Below, one piece after another: positions 28,159 through 41,003 of a DNA stretch of 64,000 nucleotides. Positions within the stretch are counted from its first letter, which is position 1, and each line of letters opens with the position of its first letter. Source of the stretch: Vicugna vicugna (Eukaryota); the NCBI GenBank assembly GCA_013265495.1, contig MU058669.1:852234-916233 (forward strand), given 5' to 3'. The notes under the pieces are model-generated. The model ran no database searches. It was not told where the DNA came from and worked only from the letters and a program-made list of their open reading frames with translations. Both the position numbers and the translations under genes were made by a program.

Positions 28159-31100
28159 AAAAGGCATTTACACCCTTGGTCTCAGGGGAGTAGGAGAAGG
28201 CAAGCCTTAAATTTGACTCATTTTTATCAACTTCCTACAACGTCGGTCATCACAAACATTTCCCGCCTGCCTGCTTCTCACTTTTTAATGCTGAGGCAGT
28301 TGAAAGTGTTTTCTGTCTTCTCACCTCACTGGTTGTCAACTGGGTTCTGAGCTGCAAAGGCCCCAAGTCAGCACATGGTGTGTGAGAGACATCCAAGGAT
28401 GCCTTGTAGGAGCAGGGGCTGCGTGTACCACGTGGACCTCCAGGAGGGCTGCCCCTTCCAGCTTTACCCAGAGCCAGGAGGGAGGTCAAGGGAGGTGAAG
28501 GAAGAGAAGGAAATGCATCTTTGACCTCATCAGAGCCTATCTGCAGAGCAAAGGCACAAAGGTCATGGGAAGCCATCCAGGGCACATTGGCCTGTGAGCC
28601 TCCACACTTGGGTCCCACCCCTGCCTGCCTCTCTACGTAAACTTGCCAAGTGTCTTCCTGTCTCTGGCTCCTGTGGGCCTCCCTGGTAAAGCACAAGATT
28701 TGGCTGCAGTTCCCTGTGGTTCCAACATTCTCATCAGCTGGAGGATGAACAGGAGATGGAACAAAGCTGGGCTGTGGACCAGACAGGGCTGGACCCAAGA
28801 AGCTGACTTTGATAATGGTTCTTGTGTATTCACTGCTGAATCTGAAATGCCTCAAAACGTATACCCTGCAGTGTAGAACCGCACTGTGTGAAGAATGAGA
28901 AAACAAAACTTAGTCATTTGGTCTATTATGTGGACAAGAACACCAAAGTAACACGAAGCCAAAAGCAGGCAAAACTGTAATTCAGGAGCACAGGAAAGTG
29001 CTGGTGGGCCAGTGTCTGGGGGACGGAAAATGCAAACAGGGTGAAGGCAAATGCAAAGGAACATGTAGGTGTGTTTAGTTAATCTTTGAAGTTGTCTAAA
29101 TATCCAGCAGTGGCTGGCTAGCCTCAGGTGCTGCCCAGATGAACTAGATACAGTCCACTCAGTAGTAACCACACAGGTGGTAACAGCTACCATTTATTGA
29201 GCGTTTGCTAAGCCCTTGCATTACTAAACATATGCAGTAATTAATTTCTTTATTTCCCACAACAATCCCAAGAAGAAGGTACTAGTGTGTCCTTCTGCAG
29301 ATGGAGATGCCAAGGTTCCAGGTCACACAGACATGGTAGATCTGGGAGTCAAAAAACCAGGTCATCCTGAGCTTCAACTTGATGCTTGGAGCCATTCTAA
29401 CTTCAGAAAAGCAAATGTGGACATCCTGACTTCCTCTTTACACCGGCTCCCCAGTGATGAAGAGAAGTTCGCCACGGCCCTTCTCCACTCATTCCAGTCC
29501 TTCAAGATCCCAGTCAGATGCCACCGCTTCTGTGAGAGCCCCCGTCGGAATCATCCATCCTGGGCTCCCAGAGCTCTTAGCTTGTACTTCCATTAGCACA
29601 CTTGGCACTTTCTGCCTTGTGTTGGAGTTAACTGTGTCTGAGCCTCCCTCTACTCTGCACTGAAAGCAAGTTGTTTGGACTTTGGTATGGCACCTAGAGT
29701 CTTGCATTAACGCTCGCCGAGACTGGATTTGTCTTCTGTCTTCTGTGATGAGCATTTCCCTTAAGCACAGGAGCTGTGTCTTAGAAATTTTTCTGTGTGC
29801 CTGGCACTCAACAGAGCTTTGGAAACATGCCTTCTAACTCAGGCTGGTGCACGCAGCTGGTGTCTCCATTCTGTCTCATCTGTCAACTGTGACCCTCCTC
29901 TGGTGCCTGGTGTGCTTTTCCTCACACCCTTGGTCAGGGTCATTGAGCAAGGTCAGGCAGAGGTCAGGGACTCCTGTGAGGAGTATCTCTCAGACAACTG
30001 AGAAGGCGGGGCTGCTGTCTTTTCTCATGACTCTCTTGTCCCTGTGGTCCCCTCTCCTCCACTGGAGGCCTGTCCGCTTTCGTGTCTTAAGAGTTCATTT
30101 GAGGGAAAGGATTGCTTGTTCATTCTCTTACTCTGGAGGGACTGACTTCCTTATTCCTGGGGAAGAAAGGCTCTGATCCCTATGAAAAAATCTTTAGAGA
30201 TCATTTTTCAAAGGAGGGAGGCTTCAAGGGCCACCTGGGACACTTAGGTTCGTATGCCCATGTTCACTCCTGGCTGGACATCAAGGTAGTTAAGAGTCTG
30301 ACGATGGATAGACTGGAGTCAGTTCCCCACTCCATCCCTTGTGAGTTAATTAATAACTCTGAAACATTTGCTTCCTCATCTGTATCATAAAAATAATAAT
30401 AATACCCACCTAGTGGGGCTGCTCTGAGAATTAAGTGCATTTGGAATGTGTTTTCCTCACAGTTCTGGATAATACTGTGTCTGTTGCTACAGTTGCTACT
30501 GTTGCATTGTTGTTGCTGTTTTATAAACAGCATCCTCTGGCCACTAAGAGAGATAAGATTATGCAACTGAAAATTTGACCTCTGCAGTTAGTAGGAAATG
30601 CAAAATCACGTGTAGCTTCTAGTTGGTTGCCTAAGAATAGCTGGAGTTAGGTTTCTACTTAAAAATAACCTGCACGTTTTTAGGTTTTCAGAATCGAACG
30701 AAGACGCTTTGGAGAGTGTCCTTATCACTTGTGCGGTTTTACAGAAAACTGAAGCTCAGAAAGGTGGAATGACACCTCCAGGGTCGATCAGCCAAAACTC
30801 AGCTGCGCTGGGGCTCAAACTCAGGTTTTCAGACCCCAGTCCAGTGTAGCTCCCACTGGGTATCTCTTGAGCTACTGCCCTTTTCTTAGATTTAACCATC
30901 GTGCATTCTTTAAGCTTTTCCACCAGTTCCTATGGTAACCCGAGCACCATCTGAAGATGCTGCTTTGCCCAGGATTGAGAAGATGACAGTAACACATCCT
31001 GCTACACAATCATTACTGAGATGAGTCTCTATTTCTTTATGCAGATGAGTTTCCACTCCACTCTAACTGTCCCTTAGCATTAGTCCTATGTGAGCTAATT

Positions 31101-31532
31101 CTGCCAAAGCCAACGTGCCAATGTCTATATTGGTCCTGAGGGTTAAAGTTCTAGTCTTTTCATTCAAAGGCTGTGACTGAACTCAAATGCTGATGAGAAC
31201 TGCGCTGGCATTCTGGGGGTGGGCTTCAACAGGACAAAATATAAAGAAAACAGCTAGATTTGTCATTCTCCATATTGAGAGAGCAGAGTCAAGGCCTAGC
31301 ATAGCTGGTAGAGGTGAGACAAGGCCAGATCTTGGGTGGAAACCAACCAAGCTACACCCCTGGGAAAGAGACCCTCTCCCCGACCCGGCAGGCAGCGCTT
31401 AGTCGCGGAGCCCCTGGACAATCACTCTGCCCCAAACGCATGCGCCAATGTGCCTTGCACTTCACCGCCTCCAGATTTTTTTTCACACTGCTTCTTCTGC
31501 TTTCCTCTATTAGTTAAAGTTTTTTAAAAGGG

Positions 31533-31830
31533 ACATAAACTTATTTACAAAACAGAGACAGACTCACAGACATAGAAAACAAACTTATAGTTACTGGCGG
31601 GGAAGGGATAAATTGAGAGTTTGAGACTTGCAGATACTGACTACTATATATGAAATGGATAAATAGCAGTCCTTCTGTACAGCATAGGGGACTGTATTCA
31701 ATACCTCATAACGGCCTATGGTGAAAAAGAATAAGAAAAGGAATGTATGTATGTACACATGAATCATATGCTGTACACCAGAAGTTAACACAACATTGTA
31801 AATAGACTGTACTTGAATTAAAAAAAAAAC
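31533..31830 (+). mobile_element. 5'-truncated artiodactyl L1 3' end
   Basis: aacttatttacaaaacagagacagactcacagacatagaaaacaaacttat...tgctgtacaccagaagttaacacaacattg, then an A tail. Confidence 0.9.
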
Positions 31831-32084
31831 CACATAGGACTTTGTAGCATCTAAAAAGTATTTTTATGTCCGCCGTGTTGCTCAGTCATCATAACAACAC
31901 AATGAGACCAGTACGTGTCGCCGATATTTCACAGACAAGAAAGTGGGAGATCAGAGTCGTAAAAGGACTTGCCCCAGGCCACACGGCTCATCCCCGCAGT
32001 CAGATCTTCTTCATTCTCTGGTCTCCAGGGTATGTGGTTTCCCACGTGACCGAGCTGATAGAACTCCAGACTGACACTGGACTT

Positions 32085-32295
32085 GGGCACCATGTCGTCA
32101 TCTGGGTTTGAATCCTGGCACTCGGCACGGTTCTGTGGCCTGCCTCTGGGAGTCTGTGCCTCAGTTTATTCATATGCAGAATGGGAGTAATCATAGCCTC
32201 GCTCTCAAAAGACTGAGAGGAGGAAACGAGTGAGTGTGTGCAGAGCACTCAGAACAGCGGCCGACACAAAACACCCGCTCAGTAAATGTTGCCAT
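32085..32295 (+). mobile_element. MIR SINE
   Basis: ctgggtttgaatcctggcact...tctgtgcctcagtttattcatatgcagaatgggagtaatc...cgctcagtaaatgttg. Confidence 0.75.
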
Positions 32296-35200
32296 AGGAA
32301 CCAGGCCATGTCCTGTCTGAATTTCCTCTCTGCCAGGGCTCATCTGGAATGCCAGGAAGCGCGATTCTGACTTTTCATAAATACATGCAATTCCTGTTTC
32401 GTTTAGACCCTGTAATCATCTGTGCTTTGCTCACAGCACACGTGTGTATGCTCTGCTGTGTGCTGGAGAGGTCTGTGAACTCGTTTTTTCTCGTCCTGCT
32501 CACCCCTCGCCTGTGAGTGCTGTGGTTCAGAGAGGCAGCTCTGATGGAAGCACACCCCCTGCAGAGCCCAGCACGATGCTTGATGCCAAAGAGGAAGACG
32601 GCTGGCAACTGCTAGTGACACTGAACTCAGTCGCACCCAGAATTCCAGTTCCTGTGAAGTCCCAGAATGTTAGGGCTGGAAAGGCTCCTTAAGAGATTAG
32701 CCAATCCTGCACTAATGCCAGGTAACTGGGCTGCTGGAGGAGGAAGATACTTGTCCAGAGTCATACAACGTATTAGTGGCAGCCGTAGGAATAGAAACCA
32801 GATCTTGCCACTACCCGCAGCCCTGGGCTTCACCCAAAGCTCTGGGCTGTGTCTCTTTCCATGGAATGGAGGAAAAGATAGCCATGTACCTGAATTAAAG
32901 AGAGAAGCATGGGGCAAATGACAGCACACAGCTAAGTTTCAGCACCAGTATTGCTCAAAAAATAGGGATGTATTAGGGATGCACATCCAGAAGCCTACGG
33001 CGGGGAGGGACGTGAATAAATTGCACAGCCGATGAGGCAGTTCCTCTGAACTGACTGGTATTTCTCTGCTGCATGAATGGTTCAGGAGTCCTGCGAAGGA
33101 GAAGCTTCAGGGTTCAGGGTATTCAGCGCAAACCTTTAAGTGGTTCTTTGCCTCTTTCCGTTTACCATGTAATCTAAACTGGAGTCCTCCAACCTTGGAC
33201 TCCAGGTCACCTTCTTCATGTTGGGATATGTATGTAGAAGATGCTAAGATACAGAGATACTCAGTCCCTGTACACGGAGGCCATTTCTTACAGTTCTCTG
33301 TGGGATGATCTAATCTGGTAGGGATGAGAAAGGTATAGTCCTTATCAGCCTGCCCCCCAGAGTCTCCTCTCCACAGACTACTGTCAAGTTTTTTCCCCTT
33401 GCTGAAGTTTCAGATAATGTTTAAAATGTACAAAGAATCAGAGATAATTCTGCCCTGGTCACCATGACTTGAGCAGAGAAATGTTTTGATTCCTGGTACT
33501 GTCAAAGCTTGTCTTCCAAAGTAAGATATGTAAGTCTTAAGGAGATAACGCTCCCCCATCATCTCAGAGGCAAATGCTTTGGGGGAGGAGGACCAGTGAG
33601 AACCCAGATTGTGATGGCTGCGGGGGGTGCTTTAGGGGAGCTCTATAAGCAGACATAGCCCCAGGGTGGGGGACAACTGAGGCTTACACCCCAGTTGGTC
33701 AGATAATGAAACCCAAGGCTGCCCTTAACCACAGTGTCAGCCTCTGAAAATCGGGGGACACATTAGTTTGCCAAGTCAAGGTTAGTGAGAGATGAATGTT
33801 CACAGCACAGCCATCCTGGAGAGAAATGCCCAGATGGCAAACAGCTCGAACTTCAGGACTTTAGGAGAAGTCACCTTTTCCTTTTGATCTCTATGTCCAA
33901 TGCATGAGTCACTTAAACATTTTTTTTTTTACTGTCCAGGATAAAAAGTGCTTATAACAGTGAAAGGTGAAGTTGAGACGGGGAGAAGTGAAAAAGACTT
34001 TTTGCAAAGGAAATTCATCTAGAAGTCTTTTCCCACCGCTGACTGATGTGGTGGTACCCATTAGTCTCCTGCTGTTTATCAGGACCAGTTGCTGTTGTTG
34101 TGTTGTTACTTCAATCCACATGTGGCTTTGTCAAATATACTGTGAGAACAATATTTGATTACCTTTCAAAGAGCTCACGTACCATCTCACCACCACCATA
34201 AACCATGTGCAAAGCAAACTGGCACTAACTTATTATCATTTTTGTCTTAAAGGGCCACCCTCTCAGTGTCTCTGATCAATATCATCTTCCAAACTACTCC
34301 ACAGATGAGCCATCAGGTGTGTTGGATGCATCCGTTTGGGGTGGCATTTCTAGACTTAGGTTTCCCTTGGGAAGGACAGAGCTGACTTGACACATAGGGA
34401 ACCCATTACTTGTGAACAGAGCCATTTTCTGTCCCATCAACATCTTCTACGTTGATGAAAGTAACAGAGGTAAAATATGAAAATGGAATTGGCCTACAAA
34501 TTCTGAAGTCTAGTGGATTCATAAGACTGATTGTTCTTTATTGTTGTTTGGTTTTCACTGTTACGCTTAATCAACGTCTTCCCTTTTTTTAATGAAAACC
34601 TTATGCCCTCTCTCCCTGAATGTTCCATCAGTTCATAACACCCTGGTCTGTCACTTGTGACCTTCTGGGAACATATAATAGGCCCCCACTGATGCCGTTG
34701 AGCTCTGAGTTCCTTGAAGTCAGAGACAGCCTTACACTAATAGGAAAGAGTTCTGGGGGTCCGTCCCTCTCTGTGCTAAGTCCTGGAGGCAGTGACCTCT
34801 GTAGTGCAGGGTCAGCAAATGCGTGACACATATGCTCCCCTCTCCTGCACCCAAGGGAGACATCACTAATCGATCGTGGCATCCTTTCCTGGTGCACCCT
34901 GGCAAGGCCTCCCAAGCCCTCATCATCAGCATTCTTGAAAGCCATTACCAATTTATTGGGATTGACAGGCTCGATAAAAACCTATTTTCCGGTCTAGCCT
35001 TAATGGTTCCAAGCCAGGGCTTTGGAATTGGACTGACCTGAATTCAAATCCCAACACTGCCATTGACACGCAGGTTACATGGCATGAAGTACAGCAGCCC
35101 GAGTGCCCTAAATCTCAGTTTTCTCCACTTTAAAATGACCAAGTCCTCTCATGCTTCGGAAGCCTACATTTAGGTATTTCTTCCTCTGAGAAACCTGTAT

Positions 35201-35887
35201 TTACCTGTGACTGAGGGTAGATGCCTCACCTAGACCTCTGAAAACACCCTGAACTTGCTCCTCATAATTCTGCATTTCGTCTAATTCCCCCCATTGGTGT
35301 ATGAGCTCCTTGAAAGCAGTTAGACTTTGACAGCTGGATTTTCAGAGCCCAGTAAAAGGCTTGGTACAGTCAACAGTTCAAAACACCACTGACCCATAAA
35401 AATCACTTAAAACAGTGCTAGGAATACATGTGATAAATGCTTTAAAAGCATTTGTTATTTTCACATTTATTGTTATGTTCCGTCACTTGGAGTCTCAGGG
35501 GAGAAGGCTTACCACAGAGCCAACTTCTATACATGTTTGGTTTCATTTTGTTCCGCTGTTACTCTTCAGCTGCAAGGGTACCAAGGTATCTATATTTTCT
35601 GAATCTTGAGAGGTGCATTTCTTGAAACAGAGCCATGTTTTCCTTTCTCAGCCGTATAAAACCTAACATGGGGTCTTGTACGTAAAGGGTCTACTTGAGC
35701 ATGTTTTGGGTCACACCTACTGTATTTGCTAACACTGGTGTACCCCAGCCTGACCTAGCCTAGACCAGCCCTTTAGGGACCTACACTAGACACTCTTCCA
35801 GGTTACTGGAGCCCTGCCATTCTCTTTTGAGTACCCCTGGCCAACGGATCAGCCCAGGAGGTGTGTCCTGGGATAATCACTTACAGC

Positions 35888-36080
35888 AGTGGGTCTCAAA
35901 CTTGGGCATGCAGTGTGCATCAGAATTCCCTGGAGTGCTTGTGAAAACGCAGGCTGCATGGCCCACCCCCAGAATTTCTGATTCAATAAGTTTGAGGTGG
36001 GGCTGGAGAATTTGCATTTCTAACATGTTCCTGGATAATCCTTCTGTTGCTGGTCCTGGACTATATTTGGAGATTCACTG
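35888..36080. mobile_element. hAT-Charlie MITE (MER5A-like)
   Basis: cagtgggtctcaaactt...catcagaattccctggag...cccacccccagaatttctgattca...gaatttgcatttctaaca...gagattcactg. Confidence 0.88.
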
Positions 36081-39000
36081 ACTAATGGAATAAAGGAGAT
36101 GAGAAAGGAACACCCTTGTCTAGAGAAGAAACCTTAAGTTCTATTTACCAGCTCCCAGATTGGTGATGATCTCCACCCGCATCCTGCAAGCTGTATTTGC
36201 AACTGATTCTCCTTAAAGTCAAGGAAACTTACACCCAAGTAGCAGCTGCAGGACCTTGCTGAAGGATGAAAAAGCAGGGCTTCTAAATGTTGCTGATGGT
36301 GCTTACGCATTTCCTTCCTTCTCAGTTGACAACCAGTGAAACGACTTGATACTTTAATATCTTACAGTAAATATCATACTTGTGTGAGATACTTTATAAT
36401 TTTCCAGAACGCTTTCATCTGTATCATCACATATGGTTTTAGAACAACTGCTTACAAGGGCAGAAGGAGGTAGAAATTAGCATCATTCTTTGAATGACAA
36501 GGCAGAATATAACCAGGATCCACCATCCTCGACTCTTTGCCAGGTCTCTTTCCATGATACCACATAGTCTTTGGTGCACGTGTAAGTTCTGCCTTTGAAC
36601 CCCCTTCATGCACCAAACCTTAATTTATTTCAGCTTGTTACAGATGGTTTGAGCTAGAAGACAACAGAAGGAGATCTGCTAATCAGAAGGTTCTTAGGGG
36701 ATACAGATTCCTTTGAGAACCTCAGGAAAGCTTTGGACTCTTTTCCAAAACAATTCAGACGCCTTAACATATAATACAACTTACATACAGTTTCAGGTTT
36801 TAAAAGGACCTCTCAAAGTCGGGGGCCACCGTGTTTCATGACTATGAGAGGCACCATTCCCAGTGAATTAACTGTGGTCCTGTAACTTCCAACCGTAAGC
36901 TACAGAAGGACAGAGGCTGTATATTTGCCGTTTTGGCTGGCTGGTTGCTTGCTTGCTTTTTGTGATTTTTAACAGATGAGCAAACTGAGATTCAAGAACC
37001 TGAGTGATTATTTCTCAGGTATCACAGTTAAATAAAGGCAGAACTAGGGTGGAAACGAGGCTCCTTCCAGAAGGCAATGCAGGGCTGTGGAAGGAAACCG
37101 GCTTTGGAGTCAGGGAATCTTTCAGACTCAGCTTGTATTACCTACTGGCTGTAAGGCCTTGCTTAACCTCCAAAAGATTTAATCTCCCCATTTTACACAT
37201 AGGAATCAGAAAATCAAATACTGTTTAAAATCTATTCTGATAGGGTGCTTTTAGTGTAAGGATCAAATGAAAGAAAATAGATCAAGTGCTAACACACATT
37301 GTGACGCCTGGGAGGCTGGAAATCCCCTGCCTCCCAGGCTGTTTTCTCAGCTCAAGTGCAACAATTGGATAAATTTTCCCTTCTCTCAGAGCAGGTCGAT
37401 ACTACCTCAGGGGGATCAGGTAGACACCCCCGGGTCCTCTGGATCATATAAACCTACATATGATCTCATTACTTATGATTGTGCTTAGGTGCTTGCACCA
37501 CTGTCCCATGTGGAATCTCAAGGACATTTGTCCCCTCTCTAAGCATGGGTGCAAATACAGAAAAGAAAATGTCTCACTGAAGGGGAAGAAAGCCCAGATT
37601 ACGATCGTGTCTAATTCTCCCAGTATTTTTCAGTTCTTATTTCAGCCTGTGCAAGATTCATTCTTCCCACTGCACAGGAAGCACATTATACTTCCTAATC
37701 TACAGAGGGTAATGATGTTCACCCTAAGTTTTCATTCTGTATTTGCATCTAATTCACATGTAAAGTTCAGCAGAATTTATAGGTCACTTCACTGTATACA
37801 TTTCCTTGTGTCTTATACATAAAAAAACAAGATCCTTGCTTTAGCTTATTATTAAACCCCAGAATGCCAGGAATGGAAGGACTTGTAGAGGCTTCACTGA
37901 ACCCCCTTATGTGACAGGCAGGAGGTAGGTGCTCTGGAATGGGGAAGTTGTCCTTGAGTCAGACTACTGTCGTCTACCCTTGAACATACCCTTACCGGAC
38001 TCTACATTCAGCATCCTCACCATGTATTTCCTGGCCTGCCTCAGATTTCAAGATACTTGAAAGGTCAAGCAGTTGTAAGACATTTTCCCACTCTTAATTT
38101 CCTCCTACTCTTCTTTTTTTTTTTCCTGAAAGAAGTCTGGTGAACAGTGGGATAAAAAAGGCTGGTCCTGGCTCTGGCTGTTGCTTTTATAAAGCTCCCA
38201 TTGCACTCACTCTCACCCATACCTTATGTGTTATATGGGTAGCTATGCGTCTTACTCCCCAAGACCATGGGCTGTATTCCTGCCTGATTAACTCTCCTGT
38301 CATCTCCGCAGACACAAAACCCATCTTCTTGAGCTTCTTGAAGTTCTTTTAAAGAGGAGATCTTTCCCCAGGGAAACTGCTCTAAATCAGCCTTTTGAAA
38401 TGAGTAAGAACTTAAGACTCAACTCTTAAATGACTGGTTTGATGGATTCAATAACAAAAAGAGTTCAAATGACTGAAGAACAAGGATGAGGTAGGGTTCC
38501 TGATCTGTCTCAAGACTCCTTTCTGATTTTGCCTAACGACCTATGGGTACCATGGCTCCATCCCCATGGAATCATGAGGAAATACACATCTTTAATGAGA
38601 TATGTCCTTTCATTAGCTAAGTTAACAGAATAAAGAGAGAAAACAGTTTAAACCAAACTGCATTTCTAGCAAGCTATTAAGACCTGCCCCTGGCCTAAGT
38701 GAGGTCATGGCTGTGTGTTATCTAAGTCTGCACAGACAGATCAGCTGCATGAACTGTGTGAGGTCATTGTTCTGAAATGCCTCCATTATTAGCATTGTCA
38801 GGAAATGGCATCTTTGAGAAAGTAGTAAACAGATTTATCTTGTAAGTAGCTAAATAATTTTACATCTTTTGAAGAGAACTCCTAATAGGTTCTATACATG
38901 TCCTTACTTTTGTAAAAAGAGCTTAATATACACAGCTTTACCTTGGCTGATGTGGTGGTGCTGCAGATGGTAAATATTTTCAGAGCAAAGTGCTATATTT

Positions 39001-40677
39001 CTTAATTTTTTCCACTCTCGATTTCCTGGAATGGAAGCTGGTCTATAGTAGGCATATGATAACTGGTTGCTGATTAACAATTGTGACCTCTGGTGTACAT
39101 GACAGCTCCCTTAAGGACTCCTGAGGGGGTAGGGTGTTTGTTTGTCAGTTTTGGTTCCCAGACAGCTTCATACTCGGTGCGTCTGTAGTCTCCTGTACCT
39201 TCCCCCCTTGTCACCTGTCCCTCCTCCCCTTGTCGGCAGTCAGTGCGCACTCTTCCAGCCTCCACTCACCTGCTCTTCTCACCTGGCATCTGTTGTTAAC
39301 AAGTCCAGTGACCAAGCCCATTAAATCACTCAACTGACATTTATACAGTTTTACAGTCAACATGCCTTTGCCTGCAGGATGCAAGAAGGATGATAATTCT
39401 TTCATTGGACGTAGAAAACTTTTAACTCTACATTTGTATACTAGCAGTTTTCCAGAACTTTCAGATTCTGTAAAACCTGAAAGCTGGTGAAATGAGAATG
39501 TCCATAGGTGAAAATGCAAAACACCCTCACAGGTTGTGATGTTCTTAACGAGACACTGTAAGCACTTGATTCTGTTCAGCAAACTCTGCATCCTTGCCCC
39601 ACAGAGGTTTCTAGTCCATCCACCTCCACTCTTGCCAAAGTGACAAAATTAAGTCAAATTTTCAAGCAAAAAGGTCATCTCTGGGAAGAAAACCGATGCA
39701 CAAGAAACCAAAACAATCCTGTTATCTCCCAGTTATTACTATATCCACCCTGCACATAAATCCAGACTCTTTCAATAATCATAATAAGATGTGGGCATTT
39801 AAGTTGAAGAATCAGTTTGAGAAATCACAGAGGCCAAAACTATAGGGTGCATGTGAGGTTTTTGGGGGGAGGAAAGAGTGGTAGGGAGGTAGGAGCATAG
39901 GGTCCATCAGAAGGACTTAAGGGAAAAAAGATGGAAGGGAGGGTAAACTCAAATGACAGACACAGAAGGATAAGCACTTCTAATTGGCCATGGAGACCCT
40001 CTGTAGGTATGGGATGAGAAGAGTGAACTACTCTGGAGGGTGCTTTAGTTGGCTACTTCTGTGAGGTCTTATGGATGGAAAGTAGGTGTTTCAGTGAAGA
40101 TCAAAGACAGTAAGACCAATCAAGGGACCATTTATTCCAGCACACCTGCTCTCCCTAATCCCAGTCACAAGGACCAAGTCACGTCTTTTCACATTTCTAT
40201 GTAGGCAATCTTCGGAAAAGACTAGATGGTTAGACCCATAGTCAGAACTGGTGTCATTCTTCCAGACAAAAAGATGGCTCATGACACACAACTCTTCCCC
40301 AGAAAGAAAGAAACAGAGTCAGCAGCCCACATTCCCAGGGGGCCACTTCCTGAGAACAATGTGGCAGCAGCTGTGCAGAGCCTCACCTGTACGTTTAGTG
40401 GAAAAGACACACATACTGAACTCAGGCATATACCTTCACCTTGATGATTAGTGCTTATAAAAATAGGCATTGAGCGTTCCTGTTTCACCTGCTCTCTAAT
40501 TTTCTGAGCATTCTATTCCTTGGTTAGGAAGGATCTCTCAGCATGAACTATCTACAGCCTCTTCCGCCAATGCCATGAATCCTCTTTTTACCCGCGGGCA
40601 AGGTGTTTCTTCCTATCTTTGTCCTTTTCCTCAGAAGTGCACGTCCATGTAAAATGCCTTACTCTCCCACCTTTGCA

Positions 40678-40681
40678 TAAT

Positions 40682-40717
<36 letters not shown>

Positions 40718-40760
40718 CAATTATAAAAATATTATAAATAATATTTATTATATAAAAAAA
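40678..40760. repeat. (TAA)n / AT-rich microsatellite
   Basis: Seen directly. Confidence 0.9.
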
Positions 40761-41003
40761 AACAAGTAGCAGCAGCCGCAGTGGCCAAGACAAACATTTG
40801 AGTATTTACAAAGAACAGAGTGCTCAGCTGAGTTTCTAACTTGTGACTTCATTTTGCCTTCCCAACAATCTGATTTTTATCATTTCAAAGGCATAGATGA
40901 GAAAATTGGGGCTCAAAGAGAGTACGTTTCCTAGATTCACAGAGTCCAAACATTCAGACAGGAATCTTACTGACTGCATGGCTCCTGACTCAACTTACAA
41001 AAA

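Noticed and set aside
28250..28906. 218-aa minus-strand ORF
   Set aside because: Non-ATG start, no recognisable domain or exon structure; plausible by chance in moderately GC-rich intron.
32938..32958. Possible REST/RE1 site (ttcagcacc)
   Set aside because: Only the left half-site is present, with no ggacag right half at canonical spacing.
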